A DNA stretch of 48,978 nucleotides, taken from positions 1-48,978 of IMG/VR virus record IMGVR_UViG_3300032257_000021, one strand, 5' to 3'. A program made the translations under genes and the position numbers. This document shows positions 1-8,801 of the stretch, in pieces (the first letter of the stretch is position 1; each line of letters opens with the position of its first letter). The stretch comes from a virus. Its lineage: Duplodnaviria > Caudoviricetes. The notes under the pieces were generated by a model. It was not told where the DNA came from and did no database searches. It worked only from the letters and a program-made list of their open reading frames with translations.

Positions 1-127
1 ATGGAGGAGTTTATATGAATCAAAATCAGGAGAGCGAGGCATTTTCTCAAGGGAAGCTGCTAGAAATGTCGCTGAGAGAAACGGTAGAAGGGATGCGTCT
101 TTTGAATTTGGAACTAACCCGTGTTCC
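1..127. repeat. Terminal 127-nt direct repeat (assembly overlap of a circular contig)
   Basis: Identical to 48852-48978. It falls inside the RNR CDS, and 127 is a common assembler k-mer length. Confidence 0.95.
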
Positions 128-1090
128 GAAATCATCTTACGGAATGGTCAGTTCTGCAACCTTACAGAAGTTGTTGTCAGAAGTGAAGATACTTATGAAG
201 ACCTTAAGAGAAAAGTTAGACAGGCAACCATCCTAGGAACATTACAATCAACACTAACAGACTTCAAATATTTAAGGAAACATTGGACAACAAACACAGA
301 GGAAGAACGCTTGCTTGGTGTATCCCTTACGGGGATTATGGATCATCCTGTGCTGAGTGATGAAACAGCATTAGAAGAATATGATGTATCAACTTTTCAA
401 GACTCCGAAGGAAATTCACTTGGGTCTTTGGCAGATGTACTACAAGAACTAAAGGAGATAGCAATTGAAACAAATAAAGAATGGGCTGATAAACTTGGCA
501 TACCTCAGTCTACTGCCATTACTTGTGTCAAGCCTAGTGGCACTGTGTCTCAGCTTGTTGATAGTGCTAGCGGCATTCACCCTCGTTATAGCTCCTATTA
601 CATACGCACTGTACGTACTGACAAAAAAGACCCCCTCTACAAATTCTTAGGGGAACAGGGTGTACCTGTAGAAGATGCCATAGGTAAGGAAGACAGCACA
701 GCTATATTCTCTTTCCCTATGAAAGCTCCTGAAGGGAGCGTCATGAGGGACGATAGGAATGCTATTGAACAGCTAGAGCTATGGAAGATATATGCTGAGC
801 ATTGGTGTGAGCACAAGCCAAGCATAACAGTTTATGTCAAAGAAGATGAATGGCTTGCTGTAGGGGCTTGGGTGTATGAGAACTTTGACATATGCTCTGG
901 TGTATCTTTCCTTCCACATAGCAATCATAGCTATCAACAAGCTCCCTACCAAGAGATAAGTGAGGCTGATTATAACACTGCTATAAAGGCTATGCCTAGC
1001 ATAGCATGGGAAGACTTTGTAGAAGGGACAGACAATACAACAGGAAGTCAAGAGCTCGCCTGTAAGGGTGGAGCATGTGAGGTGGTGTGA
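2..1090 (+). CDS. nrdJ: Class II (adenosylcobalamin-dependent, monomeric RTPR-type) ribonucleotide reductase, 3' part
   Basis: Frame from nt 2 reads ...GTNPCSEIIL...FCNLTE, then TCVKPSGTVSQL and HKPSITV, ending in the redox tail ACKGGACEVV. It is continuous with 48019-48851 across the junction (about 640 aa in total). Confidence 0.93.
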   Translation, partial: WRSLYESKSGERGIFSREAARNVAERNGRRDASFEFGTNPCSEIILRNGQFCNLTEVVVRSEDTYEDLKRKVRQATILGTLQSTLTDFKYLRKHWTTNTEEERLLGVSLTGIMDHPVLSDETALEEYDVSTFQDSEGNSLGSLADVLQELKEIAIETNKEWADKLGIPQSTAITCVKPSGTVSQLVDSASGIHPRYSSYYIRTVRTDKKDPLYKFLGEQGVPVEDAIGKEDSTAIFSFPMKAPEGSVMRDDRNAIEQLELWKIYAEHWCEHKPSITVYVKEDEWLAVGAWVYENFDICSGVSFLPHSNHSYQQAPYQEISEADYNTAIKAMPSIAWEDFVEGTDNTTGSQELACKGGACEVV

Positions 1091-1242
1091 TGACTATTAA
1101 AGACTATTGGCAACAACCTATATTCAAAGAGATGAGACAGGCTAACAAAATAATGTGGAGAATACGAGCCTTTAGAAAGACAAGTAAGTATGAGCCCCAT
1201 CAAGGGGTGGCAGAATGTTATAGGAGGAGAAAAGATGGGTAA
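1090..1242 (+). CDS. Small hypothetical protein (50 aa, not in ORF track)
   Basis: TGATG overlap with the RNR stop; MTIKDYW...SKYEPHQGVAECYRRRKDG. Confidence 0.6.
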   Translation: MTIKDYWQQPIFKEMRQANKIMWRIRAFRKTSKYEPHQGVAECYRRRKDG

Positions 1243-1387
1243 TGTGACAGAAGCCTTTCGTATTAATAAACTAGAGAGTAGGATGGACAGGCTAGAGGAA
1301 GGGCTTGCCCTGTTGCTTAGAGCAACAGAAACTCTCAAAGAAATTACACAACGTTTAATTGCTAAGAGTAAACCAAAGGAGAGGTAA
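1235..1387 (+). CDS. Small coiled-coil hypothetical protein
   Basis: AGGAGG RBS before ATG 1235; heptad-like sequence. Confidence 0.6.
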   Translation: MGNVTEAFRINKLESRMDRLEEGLALLLRATETLKEITQRLIAKSKPKER

Positions 1388-1388
1388 T

Positions 1389-1586
1389 ATGCCCATATTT
1401 GATTATAGGTGCTTAGCTTGCTCACATGACTTTGAGAAGATAGTGGTGGGATCTGATCCTCCCCCTATTACTTGCCCAGAGTGTGAGAGTGAGAAGGTGG
1501 TGAAGGTGATGAGCCCCTTGAGAGCCAGTAGTATTAAAATAACAGGAGGTCAACGCTTCCTTAATAACGGGAAGACAGACTGTTGA
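1389..1586 (+). CDS. FmdB-family zinc-ribbon protein
   Basis: MPIFDYRCLACSHDFE...CPECES pattern (CxxC...CxxC); GAGG RBS. Confidence 0.8.
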   Translation: MPIFDYRCLACSHDFEKIVVGSDPPPITCPECESEKVVKVMSPLRASSIKITGGQRFLNNGKTDC

Positions 1587-1828
1587 AACATGATTTTCCC
1601 ATCCTCACTGTCTTATGGCTAGACCATTCAGGGAGTGAGACGAACCAGCCCTATTCCCTAGAGGACATAGTGGATATGTGTAAACCAACAGAGAGGGAGA
1701 CTACAGGATATTTAGTATTAGAAACAAAGCAATGTTTAGCTGTTGCCAATACAATAGAGGAGGATGGTACAGTGACAGAGATAGATTTTATTATTAAACG
1801 ATTGATTAAAAAGAGGAGTGATAAATGA
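1583..1828 (+). CDS. Hypothetical protein
   Basis: Coupled start/stop overlaps with both neighbours. Confidence 0.65.
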   Translation: MKHDFPILTVLWLDHSGSETNQPYSLEDIVDMCKPTERETTGYLVLETKQCLAVANTIEEDGTVTEIDFIIKRLIKKRSDK

Positions 1829-2001
1829 TACAGCAATGGGAACCACTATTTAAAGAAATGGATATTAAATATCTACCAGAACTGACAGCTTTAACAGAGC
1901 TGACAGAGAAAGTGGATATGATAATGGATCATCTAGGCTTGGAGCTAGTAGATGTTCCAGCCAAGAAAGAGCTCCAGAAGAAAGCCTCTACAAAGAAATA
2001 A
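1825..2001 (+). CDS. Small hypothetical protein (58 aa, not in ORF track)
   Basis: ATGA overlap and GAGGAG RBS; last gene before the convergent terminator. Confidence 0.6.
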   Translation: MIQQWEPLFKEMDIKYLPELTALTELTEKVDMIMDHLGLELVDVPAKKELQKKASTKK

Positions 2002-2020
2002 GACCCCTTCTGGGACTTAT

Positions 2021-2044
2021 AGGCCCCTTTCTGGGGCCTTTCTT
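2021..2044. terminator. Rho-independent terminator between the convergent arms
   Basis: AGGCCCC-TTTCT-GGGGCCT followed by TTCTT, at the strand switch point. Confidence 0.7.
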
Positions 2045-2297
2045 ATGTCCCTGTTTTATTATCGTAAGGGCAATTAGTACCAATTTCATTCCATGTAGTG
2101 TCACCCTCTTTCAAGAGAGGGATGACAGTTTTTAAATACTCGCTATAGCTCTTGTTCTTTAAGTCACTTCTTAGCATGGGAAGAAAGCTCTCCCCATCAG
2201 AAGCCACCATACTTTGAATAACACCACACTGAGCTACAACATACAAACTGGCAGCATTAGTCGTCATCCCAATCAACATTAGTGTTGTTAATAGCAT
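2043..2297 (-). CDS. Secreted/membrane hypothetical protein, possible lysis accessory
   Basis: Signal-peptide-like N-terminus MLLTTLMLIGMTTNAA; overlaps the holin 3' end. Confidence 0.5.
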   Translation of the reverse strand: MLLTTLMLIGMTTNAASLYVVAQCGVIQSMVASDGESFLPMLRSDLKNKSYSEYLKTVIPLLKEGDTTWNEIGTNCPYDNKTGT

Positions 2298-2649
2298 CCA
2301 CTTTCTTAGATTTATGAACATGTCTACTTACTCCCCAAGCTGGGAAAGCCCCATCAAACACTGCATGAAGCCCAGCATCTATAGAGATCCCCTTTAAATG
2401 ACAATACATACCAAACCCTGTCATAACAGCAGCACCTATAGGTCTTGAAAACATATTCAATGCTGCAAAAACTTTAACTGTAGCGTCTACCCAAGGCACT
2501 GTCTTAGACATAGTAAGCTTACTAGCAGCCTCTAGCTTAAGCTCCATCATCTTAAACTTAAGCTCTAAGGCTTTATCCTTATCAAGGACAAGCTTATCAA
2601 TGGTGTCGGCTGCCTTGTCAAACAGCCCTAAGAATGGTATCATACTCAT
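2257..2649 (-). CDS. Putative holin (3TM/GTA-holin-like)
   Basis: IDKLVLDKDKALELK N-terminus, W...RP motif and hydrophobic segments; near the endolysin. Confidence 0.6.
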   Translation of the reverse strand: MSMIPFLGLFDKAADTIDKLVLDKDKALELKFKMMELKLEAASKLTMSKTVPWVDATVKVFAALNMFSRPIGAAVMTGFGMYCHLKGISIDAGLHAVFDGAFPAWGVSRHVHKSKKVDAINNTNVDWDDD

Positions 2650-2683
2650 CCGAATATCCTTTTTAGTAGTCTACTGAGCCATG

Positions 2684-3013
2684 CTAGTAGACGATGGTAA
2701 AATTTGTAGGTGCGCTCAGTATCTTTGATACGTAGGTGACAGGAATCTCAACAGTCTTTTGTCCATCAATACCATTAAGGTCTTGAGCAGACAGGGCTAC
2801 AAACCAATCACCATTAGTTAGTCCTGATATACTACCAAACAAAGCTTCATCTGGTTCTGCATTAGGAACGAAGTGATTGATAGTGTATACACCACTGGTT
2901 TGTCCCATATGAATAGTATAGCCAGCTATCTCTGATTCTGTTACCCCACTGCCATCATCATATGTAGTGGGATCATCCCATGTTAGTTTACTGGTAGGTC
3001 TTGCTATTGCCAT
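2684..3013 (-). CDS. Fibronectin type III-like protein
   Basis: LTWDDP...IAGYTIH...ISGLTNGDWFVALSA FN3 pattern. Confidence 0.65.
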   Translation of the reverse strand: MAIARPTSKLTWDDPTTYDDGSGVTESEIAGYTIHMGQTSGVYTINHFVPNAEPDEALFGSISGLTNGDWFVALSAQDLNGIDGQKTVEIPVTYVSKILSAPTNFTIVY

Positions 3014-3014
3014 A

Positions 3015-3374
3015 TTAGTAACTCCAAAGTCTTGAACGTGTGTTGTCTATGTGTACGAATGTTTTATCTACGCCTATTCCTATCTCTGGATAGTGACGTA
3101 TAGCTTCCTCTAGAAGCCGTATTTGATTCTCTTCTGACATCCCCTCTAGTGAGATGTCAACAGCCCTTCCCTTAGTGTGAGCAGACCCAGCCACCCCTCC
3201 AACCTTCTCGTTATACTCTGAGCATCTAAAGCCTGAAGTGATAGTCATAGGTGTGTTGAGGATTTTCCTGATAGAGACAAGCCTACGCATGAATTCCTGA
3301 GACATATTCATTGTCTTACAACAAGGACATCTCAGTTCTTCTTTAGAGAAGTTTTCCCAATTTGATTCAGTCAT
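3015..3374 (-). CDS. Endolysin, peptidase M15 family
   Basis: NFSxxELxCPCC, ITSGFRC, SAHxxGxAVDI and FVHID motifs. Confidence 0.88.
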   Translation of the reverse strand: MTESNWENFSKEELRCPCCKTMNMSQEFMRRLVSIRKILNTPMTITSGFRCSEYNEKVGGVAGSAHTKGRAVDISLEGMSEENQIRLLEEAIRHYPEIGIGVDKTFVHIDNTRSRLWSY

Positions 3375-3375
3375 A

Positions 3376-5250
3376 TTAAGCTAACGTTGCCGTCCCTCCC
3401 ATAAACACCCAATTACCATTCATGAATTTCAGGTATGCAGAATCACCAACATCATCAAACGTCAATGTAGAACCATTGTATAAGTTGGTAGGTGTTAATG
3501 TTCCAGCACCACCATCGACAATCATGACAATGTGCTTTTCTTGAAGCTCTATGCCATCAGCAAGGGTAAGTGCATCAGCGCCAGTAGTCGTTATTAATGT
3601 ATTAGGGTATTTAATAGAGACTGCCCCAGCACCTGAGATACTTTCAGTGCTCTCATCTGTGAGATTAACGTTGTTCTTCCATGACCTGATATCAGGTGTT
3701 GTACTTTGTGTGAAGGACATTCCATCTAAGCTGCTGTCGCTACTATTACCCTCCGCAACCACCAATAATTCGGGTGAACCAGCACCATATCGGTACGAAT
3801 AAAGAAAGGAGGTGTTACCAGCTTGCAGCCAGTTGTCTTTCATCGTGATTGAGTTACCAGAAACAGCGGCAGATCGAGCGGCTATAAAATAATCCAAAGT
3901 ACCATACACCCTATTACCTGTTACTATGGGGTTTGCTATATTTACAGTGTTATCGGTAACAGAAATGTCTATCATATCAACCCCGTCAGTAGCGGGAGAA
4001 CCAAGCACTCTTAGCGTGTTACCAGTAATACTCATATACTTTGCTACTGGCGTAAGTCTATACGATGCACTTATACAGCTTGTTGCGGTATACCCATTAT
4101 GAATAATGTTTGCACCATGAACTGTGCCATTTGCATACTGTATATCTATCTCTATAATCCCATCATAAGCATCACGTAGAATATTAGGCCCAAAAATTTG
4201 ATTATTTGCTATTTGTGATTTAATAGCTCTGCCTTTATTATTCTCAAAGTAAGCACCGGGACATACTGTAAGTGTGAGATCAGTCTCGGTAACAGAAGCA
4301 CTCGCCTTCAAGCCATCCGCATCAGCTAGTGTAGTGTTCGAGTTTTTAACATTTAATATTCGTAAGTTTGGCCCAGCTACAGTATGCAATGGGGATTGTC
4401 CAGCAGTTGCAAACTCTGATACATTAATACCTGTAGTAACAGCACCAGAGGTGCTTGTTGAGTCAACTTCATCAACAAGGCAATCAAGAAGCACTTTACG
4501 AAATCCACCACGGATAAATATACCAGAGGCACTATAAGTATCTGGTGTGTTATTACGCGTATTAATAACAGACGTTTTGGCTGTTAATGTAATGTCTTTA
4601 CGTGTAGTTGAGGCGTTTTCTATTGATAATGTTCGAGCAGTTTTATTATCACCATCAAAAGTAATGCCATCAATAAATACATTACCTGTAGCCCCTGTGA
4701 ATACAATATGCGTTTGTCGATTAGAACCAGAAGCCTTTATTGTACCTTCGCCAAAAAGTCTAATACCGGAAGCTATAGCTTTACTTATAGCTGTACTACA
4801 TAAATATGTTCCGGCAGGAAGATAGCCTGCCTTGCCAGAGCTTATAACTTTATCAAGCCATAAACCTAAAGCTACTACATCATCCGTTGCTCCATCTCCT
4901 GTAGAACCAAAATCCTTAGCAGACAAACTCTCTTGTAATTTAGCATCAACATCAGACAGTACAGCACCAGTACCTTGCTGTGTAAATGGTACGTTGGTAG
5001 CATCTGGAACCGTTAATGTACTTCCTGCAACAACACTACTACCTGCTATTGTAAGAGCTTGTGTAGCTATATTATTTACATTATTTAAGTCATTACTATT
5101 CATGTCTATGTCAGCAGACATAGCATTAGGACTTGTCCCATCTAAGGAGAGAGTGTTCTCCATAGCTGCTTCTACCAAATCATTGTTAGCATTAACAGCA
5201 GTGTTGGAAGCAAAGCCTGTAAGTATTGAATTAAGCGTCAGTTTAGCCAT
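3376..5250 (-). CDS. Tailspike/tail fibre 3 (beta-helix, pectate-lyase-like)
   Basis: N-terminal anchor ENTLSLDGTSPNxM shared with two paralogs; KDFGSTGDGATDD and YLPAGTY motifs. Confidence 0.82.
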   Translation of the reverse strand: MAKLTLNSILTGFASNTAVNANNDLVEAAMENTLSLDGTSPNAMSADIDMNSNDLNNVNNIATQALTIAGSSVVAGSTLTVPDATNVPFTQQGTGAVLSDVDAKLQESLSAKDFGSTGDGATDDVVALGLWLDKVISSGKAGYLPAGTYLCSTAISKAIASGIRLFGEGTIKASGSNRQTHIVFTGATGNVFIDGITFDGDNKTARTLSIENASTTRKDITLTAKTSVINTRNNTPDTYSASGIFIRGGFRKVLLDCLVDEVDSTSTSGAVTTGINVSEFATAGQSPLHTVAGPNLRILNVKNSNTTLADADGLKASASVTETDLTLTVCPGAYFENNKGRAIKSQIANNQIFGPNILRDAYDGIIEIDIQYANGTVHGANIIHNGYTATSCISASYRLTPVAKYMSITGNTLRVLGSPATDGVDMIDISVTDNTVNIANPIVTGNRVYGTLDYFIAARSAAVSGNSITMKDNWLQAGNTSFLYSYRYGAGSPELLVVAEGNSSDSSLDGMSFTQSTTPDIRSWKNNVNLTDESTESISGAGAVSIKYPNTLITTTGADALTLADGIELQEKHIVMIVDGGAGTLTPTNLYNGSTLTFDDVGDSAYLKFMNGNWVFMGGTATLA

Positions 5251-5468
5251 TATTTATGATGCCTCAGTATGTGAGTGTTAATAGAGTCAGCATTATGTTG
5301 GATGTTAGAAGCATTAACAGTGACTCCTGTATTCAAAGCCCCTATAGACTTATTAATACTGTCAATATTATACCCCACCCAAGACATAACCATAAGAACT
5401 AAAGCTTGAATTATATTACCAACACTGATGAGTTTCTCTGCTGGCCTATCTCTAACATCTTGGGACAT
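5250..5468 (-). CDS. Small membrane protein
   Basis: One TM helix followed by a coiled-coil; coupled to neighbours. Confidence 0.6.
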   Translation of the reverse strand: MSQDVRDRPAEKLISVGNIIQALVLMVMSWVGYNIDSINKSIGALNTGVTVNASNIQHNADSINTHILRHHK

Positions 5469-5480
5469 TATTCTTCCTTA

Positions 5481-7064
5481 TTATATTGTATAGTAGTTGC
5501 CTCTCGCACCATACAAGGTGAGAGAGCCGTAGTTTGTACTCAAAACTTTAGAACTTGATCCATCAATGTCTATTCCAGTACCACCAGCAGCAATTGTTGC
5601 AGCATATTCTACTAGGTTTAATACATCAGCTGTAGCCTGTACACTATTCTCTGCATTTACTGTAGCCGCCTGTTCCGACAGCGTTAAATTGTCAGTAGTG
5701 GCAGAAATATTAGTACCAATTGATACTGTAGCACTGTTCTCTGTTAATGTGAGAGCGTCTGTAGAAGCATTAACGTTAGTTTCAGCATTAACCGTAGCCT
5801 GCTGCTCTGTTAATGTTAATGCATCGGTGGTAGCATTAATATTGGTATCAGCTGTTGTAGATACTGTAGCTGCATACGTTGTTATTGATAAACTGTCAGT
5901 AGTAGAATTAACATTTGTTTCTGCATTTATAGAAGCAGCTTGCTCAGATAGTGTTAAGCTATCTGTTGTAGCAGAAATATCTACACCCAAGGATACAGAA
6001 GCACTGTATTCTGTTAGTGTTAAACTATCTACACCTGCTGCTATACTTGTTTCAGCATTAACTGTAGCTGTATTTTCTGTAAGGGTTAGAGAATCTGTGG
6101 AGGCTGATATGTCAGTCCCACTAGCCTGTATTTCCCAACAGCCAATATCATAAGAACCTGATCGAGTCTGTCCTACAATGTCCGTTGTAGGCATACCTGA
6201 AGATTTACCACCATCCTCAGACGTGGCACTTGCTTTTAATCGTAGGTCAACTGCGTTTGGTGCGCCAACACTATCCTCAATTTCACTTGATGCTGTTGCA
6301 CTAAGATTTGAATTAGTAGCTGTAGCACCCTGCCAGCTTGATAAGTCGGTCGTGCAATAGTCAACGGTTGCACTATCGCCTGATGCTGCAAATTCCGTTG
6401 GTGCGCCTAAGAATAAACAGTTATCCCAAGTAGGAGCACCATAATAATCTTGACTAAATCTTGTTAATGTTCCGGTACTTAAAAGCGTACAGTTTCGATA
6501 CTGTATTCTATTGCCACGATGTAAGTATGTACCCGTCCCATCCGTAATGATTGCTGTATTAGTGACAACTGAATCACTACCACCAGTCTGGAAATTAAAT
6601 ATCGCTGCTGCTTTATTACTTTGAATAATACAATCATCAATAAACATAGGCGCAGTGCCGGGATAAGGATGATAAATAGCCTGTCGATTATTCTGACTTG
6701 AATTCTTCAGCTGTAAATTAGACAGCTTGAAATCTATATTGGCCTTTATATCAATTCCATACCCATACACATAAGAGTTGTGTATCGCTGCACCCTTAGC
6801 TGAATCATATCTTATCGGGTTTGTTGCGGCATCTGTATGATCTTTAAAACTTGCACCAGCTTCAGTCGTTAGCTCTAAATAATAAGTGCTGCTAGTGGTC
6901 ATGCCACTGACTGTTAGTGAGGTTGCGCCACTTACTACAAATTCTTCGTTCTCACATTCCCCTCTCCATGTCTGAGTCGTACTAACTAGGTTTGAGGGAC
7001 AAGCATCTTCCCACGCTTGAATCGTTGAATAATCACCTGTAGCGCCTATCGTCTTGGTAGTCAT
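5481..7064 (-). CDS. Putative fibre/virion protein with beta-helix and eight ~22-aa repeats
   Basis: DYSTIQAW N-terminus and DIGCWE motif; C-terminal repeats like NINATTDALTLTEQQATVNAET. Confidence 0.7.
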   Translation of the reverse strand: MTTKTIGATGDYSTIQAWEDACPSNLVSTTQTWRGECENEEFVVSGATSLTVSGMTTSSTYYLELTTEAGASFKDHTDAATNPIRYDSAKGAAIHNSYVYGYGIDIKANIDFKLSNLQLKNSSQNNRQAIYHPYPGTAPMFIDDCIIQSNKAAAIFNFQTGGSDSVVTNTAIITDGTGTYLHRGNRIQYRNCTLLSTGTLTRFSQDYYGAPTWDNCLFLGAPTEFAASGDSATVDYCTTDLSSWQGATATNSNLSATASSEIEDSVGAPNAVDLRLKASATSEDGGKSSGMPTTDIVGQTRSGSYDIGCWEIQASGTDISASTDSLTLTENTATVNAETSIAAGVDSLTLTEYSASVSLGVDISATTDSLTLSEQAASINAETNVNSTTDSLSITTYAATVSTTADTNINATTDALTLTEQQATVNAETNVNASTDALTLTENSATVSIGTNISATTDNLTLSEQAATVNAENSVQATADVLNLVEYAATIAAGGTGIDIDGSSSKVLSTNYGSLTLYGARGNYYTI

Positions 7065-7450
7065 AGCACTAAACTATTATCAATAGCTTTAACATAGACA
7101 AACTTTCTAACTTGTGAGGCATTGGCTGTTATTATGTAATTTATCGGCTGTGGCATACCTGCAAGAAAAGCGGATAGCTTTGCTTCATCCCATCCAACTG
7201 CGCGCCTTTTTAGATAGCGCGATACCCTAGCGTCTCCCGCTTGTGGAGACAAATAAGCTTCCGCTTCTGCCATTTCCATATTTCTAATGCGTACAATAAT
7301 CCAATCTGGGTTGTTATATTCTTCAGTAGACCAGCCCCAGTTTTCAGGCTTAACAACAATGACATCACCGAACTTTGTCAACTCAGCATCTTTAATTGGG
7401 TCAATGGGATTGGTCTTGCTCACCACCCTGACAAGTGCTTCAACAGTCAT
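7061..7450 (-). CDS. Hypothetical protein
   Basis: Coupled in the operon. Confidence 0.65.
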   Translation of the reverse strand: MTVEALVRVVSKTNPIDPIKDAELTKFGDVIVVKPENWGWSTEEYNNPDWIIVRIRNMEMAEAEAYLSPQAGDARVSRYLKRRAVGWDEAKLSAFLAGMPQPINYIITANASQVRKFVYVKAIDNSLVL

Positions 7451-7785
7451 TAGCGATAAGCCTCATCCCAGCCTGTGTAATGCTCTTGTACTTCTTTGGT
7501 GATAGGATTCCTATGTGCGTAAACACAATGATAAACGCTATCATCTTCAAGAGCTTCAAGCGTATGATTATGTGTAGCTAAAATCATGACAAAATTATAT
7601 TCGTCAGTCGCATGAATAGTACGGCTTTTAGTTTCACCATCTGGTGATGTGCGCGTAATCTTAAACGAGCCTTTGTTCACATAAGTAACATGATCGAAAT
7701 TATGCGTATGACCTTCTACGATCTCACCTTTTTCAAGCGGTTCTGGTACTTGTCGGATATAGATATTACCTAATACTACTTCCAT
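7450..7785 (-). CDS. Cupin-domain protein
   Basis: GHTHNFDHVTYVNKG cupin motif 1 and HNHTLEA motif 2; start revised to ATG at 7785. Confidence 0.7.
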   Translation of the reverse strand: MEVVLGNIYIRQVPEPLEKGEIVEGHTHNFDHVTYVNKGSFKITRTSPDGETKSRTIHATDEYNFVMILATHNHTLEALEDDSVYHCVYAHRNPITKEVQEHYTGWDEAYR

Positions 7786-7796
7786 ACATAGAGTCC

Positions 7797-8234
7797 TTAA
7801 GCTATTGTAAATAAACCAGAAGCATTCCATGTAACTGTTAAGTCACCAGCAGTCATATCTACAGGCCCACCTAAGTCTACGAATGCTAAAGCATCCTTAC
7901 CTGCATCAGTGAAATTGTATATAATAGCCCAATACGCATCTGTGTCGTTAGAAGCATTCTGTGCCCATGTAGGGTTTGTACTAGAGTCGAAAGTCATAGT
8001 ACCTGCCGCCTCTGTTACTAATGTGGACAGAGCACCTAAGCTCGTCCCGTTAGCTGTATAAGAGCCTGCTGCACCCACTTCTGTAAAATCTCCAAATACA
8101 GGCGTAGCTGTACCTGCTGTCGGGGTTGCTGTATTATCCATGATTGCACAATAGAAGACATCAGTAGAAGCCCAATCCCCTGCTATCATCTTTGCTTTAG
8201 CTTCATCAAAAACTACTAAATCACCTGTTGCCAT
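7797..8234 (-). CDS. Putative structural/tail-associated protein
   Basis: A/T/G-rich beta-type sequence typical of fibre modules. Confidence 0.6.
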   Translation of the reverse strand: MATGDLVVFDEAKAKMIAGDWASTDVFYCAIMDNTATPTAGTATPVFGDFTEVGAAGSYTANGTSLGALSTLVTEAAGTMTFDSSTNPTWAQNASNDTDAYWAIIYNFTDAGKDALAFVDLGGPVDMTAGDLTVTWNASGLFTIA

Positions 8235-8240
8235 TTGTTC

Positions 8241-8801
8241 TTACCTCGTTGTTACTGTTATGTTGTTTGAACTGGCAGAGCCAGATTCGTCATTAATTAC
8301 AATTATCATCTCTGGATCTATCTTATGAGGGAGATATATATTAACAGCTCCTGCATAATTAACACCAATTATGTTCATTCCATGTACTAAATTGCTCTTC
8401 CCTATTACATGCTCAGCTGATGTGACAGCTGTGTATGTAGCTGTAGCATGACCACCCCCTCCCATAATGACAGGAGATTCTCCTGTCTTTCCCTTCGTCT
8501 TACGAAGGAAGTCCTCATCAGCCTTCAGGAGAGCTGCTACATCCTTGGGGGAGGAGTCCTTTCCGGGCAGGCCCTCAGGCCCTCTCAGTCCGTCCTTACC
8601 GGGCTTTCCTTCTATGCCCTGTGCCCCATCCTTGCCGGGAGTACCCTGTGCTCCTACAGGCCCTTGTGGGCCCTGTAAGCCATCCTTTCCAGCAGGCCCT
8701 TGTGGGCCCTGCACACCATGCTCTCCTATAGGGCCTTGCTTCCCAATTAGAGAGGTGTTAGTCCTCACTTTAGTACGCTGCTTAAGTTTAACTACAGCCA
8801 T
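8241..8801 (-). CDS. Collagen-like (Gly-X-Y) fibre protein
   Basis: About 20 contiguous GXY triplets ([21 protein letters not shown]...). Confidence 0.85.
   Translation of the reverse strand: MAVVKLKQRTKVRTNTSLIGKQGPIGEHGVQGPQGPAGKDGLQGPQGPVGAQGTPGKDGAQGIEGKPGKDGLRGPEGLPGKDSSPKDVAALLKADEDFLRKTKGKTGESPVIMGGGGHATATYTAVTSAEHVIGKSNLVHGMNIIGVNYAGAVNIYLPHKIDPEMIIVINDESGSASSNNITVTTR

Noticed and set aside
1-127. 127-bp terminal repeat as the biological DTR
   Set aside because: It lies inside nrdJ and equals a standard k-mer size, so it is an assembly overlap.
15-236. ORFs 15-236, 465-650 and 48398-48580
   Set aside because: Alternate-frame shadows inside nrdJ.
5570-6120. CRISPR array or DGR-like repeats
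   Set aside because: The repeats are protein-level (22 aa) and degenerate in DNA; no cas or reverse transcriptase gene is present.
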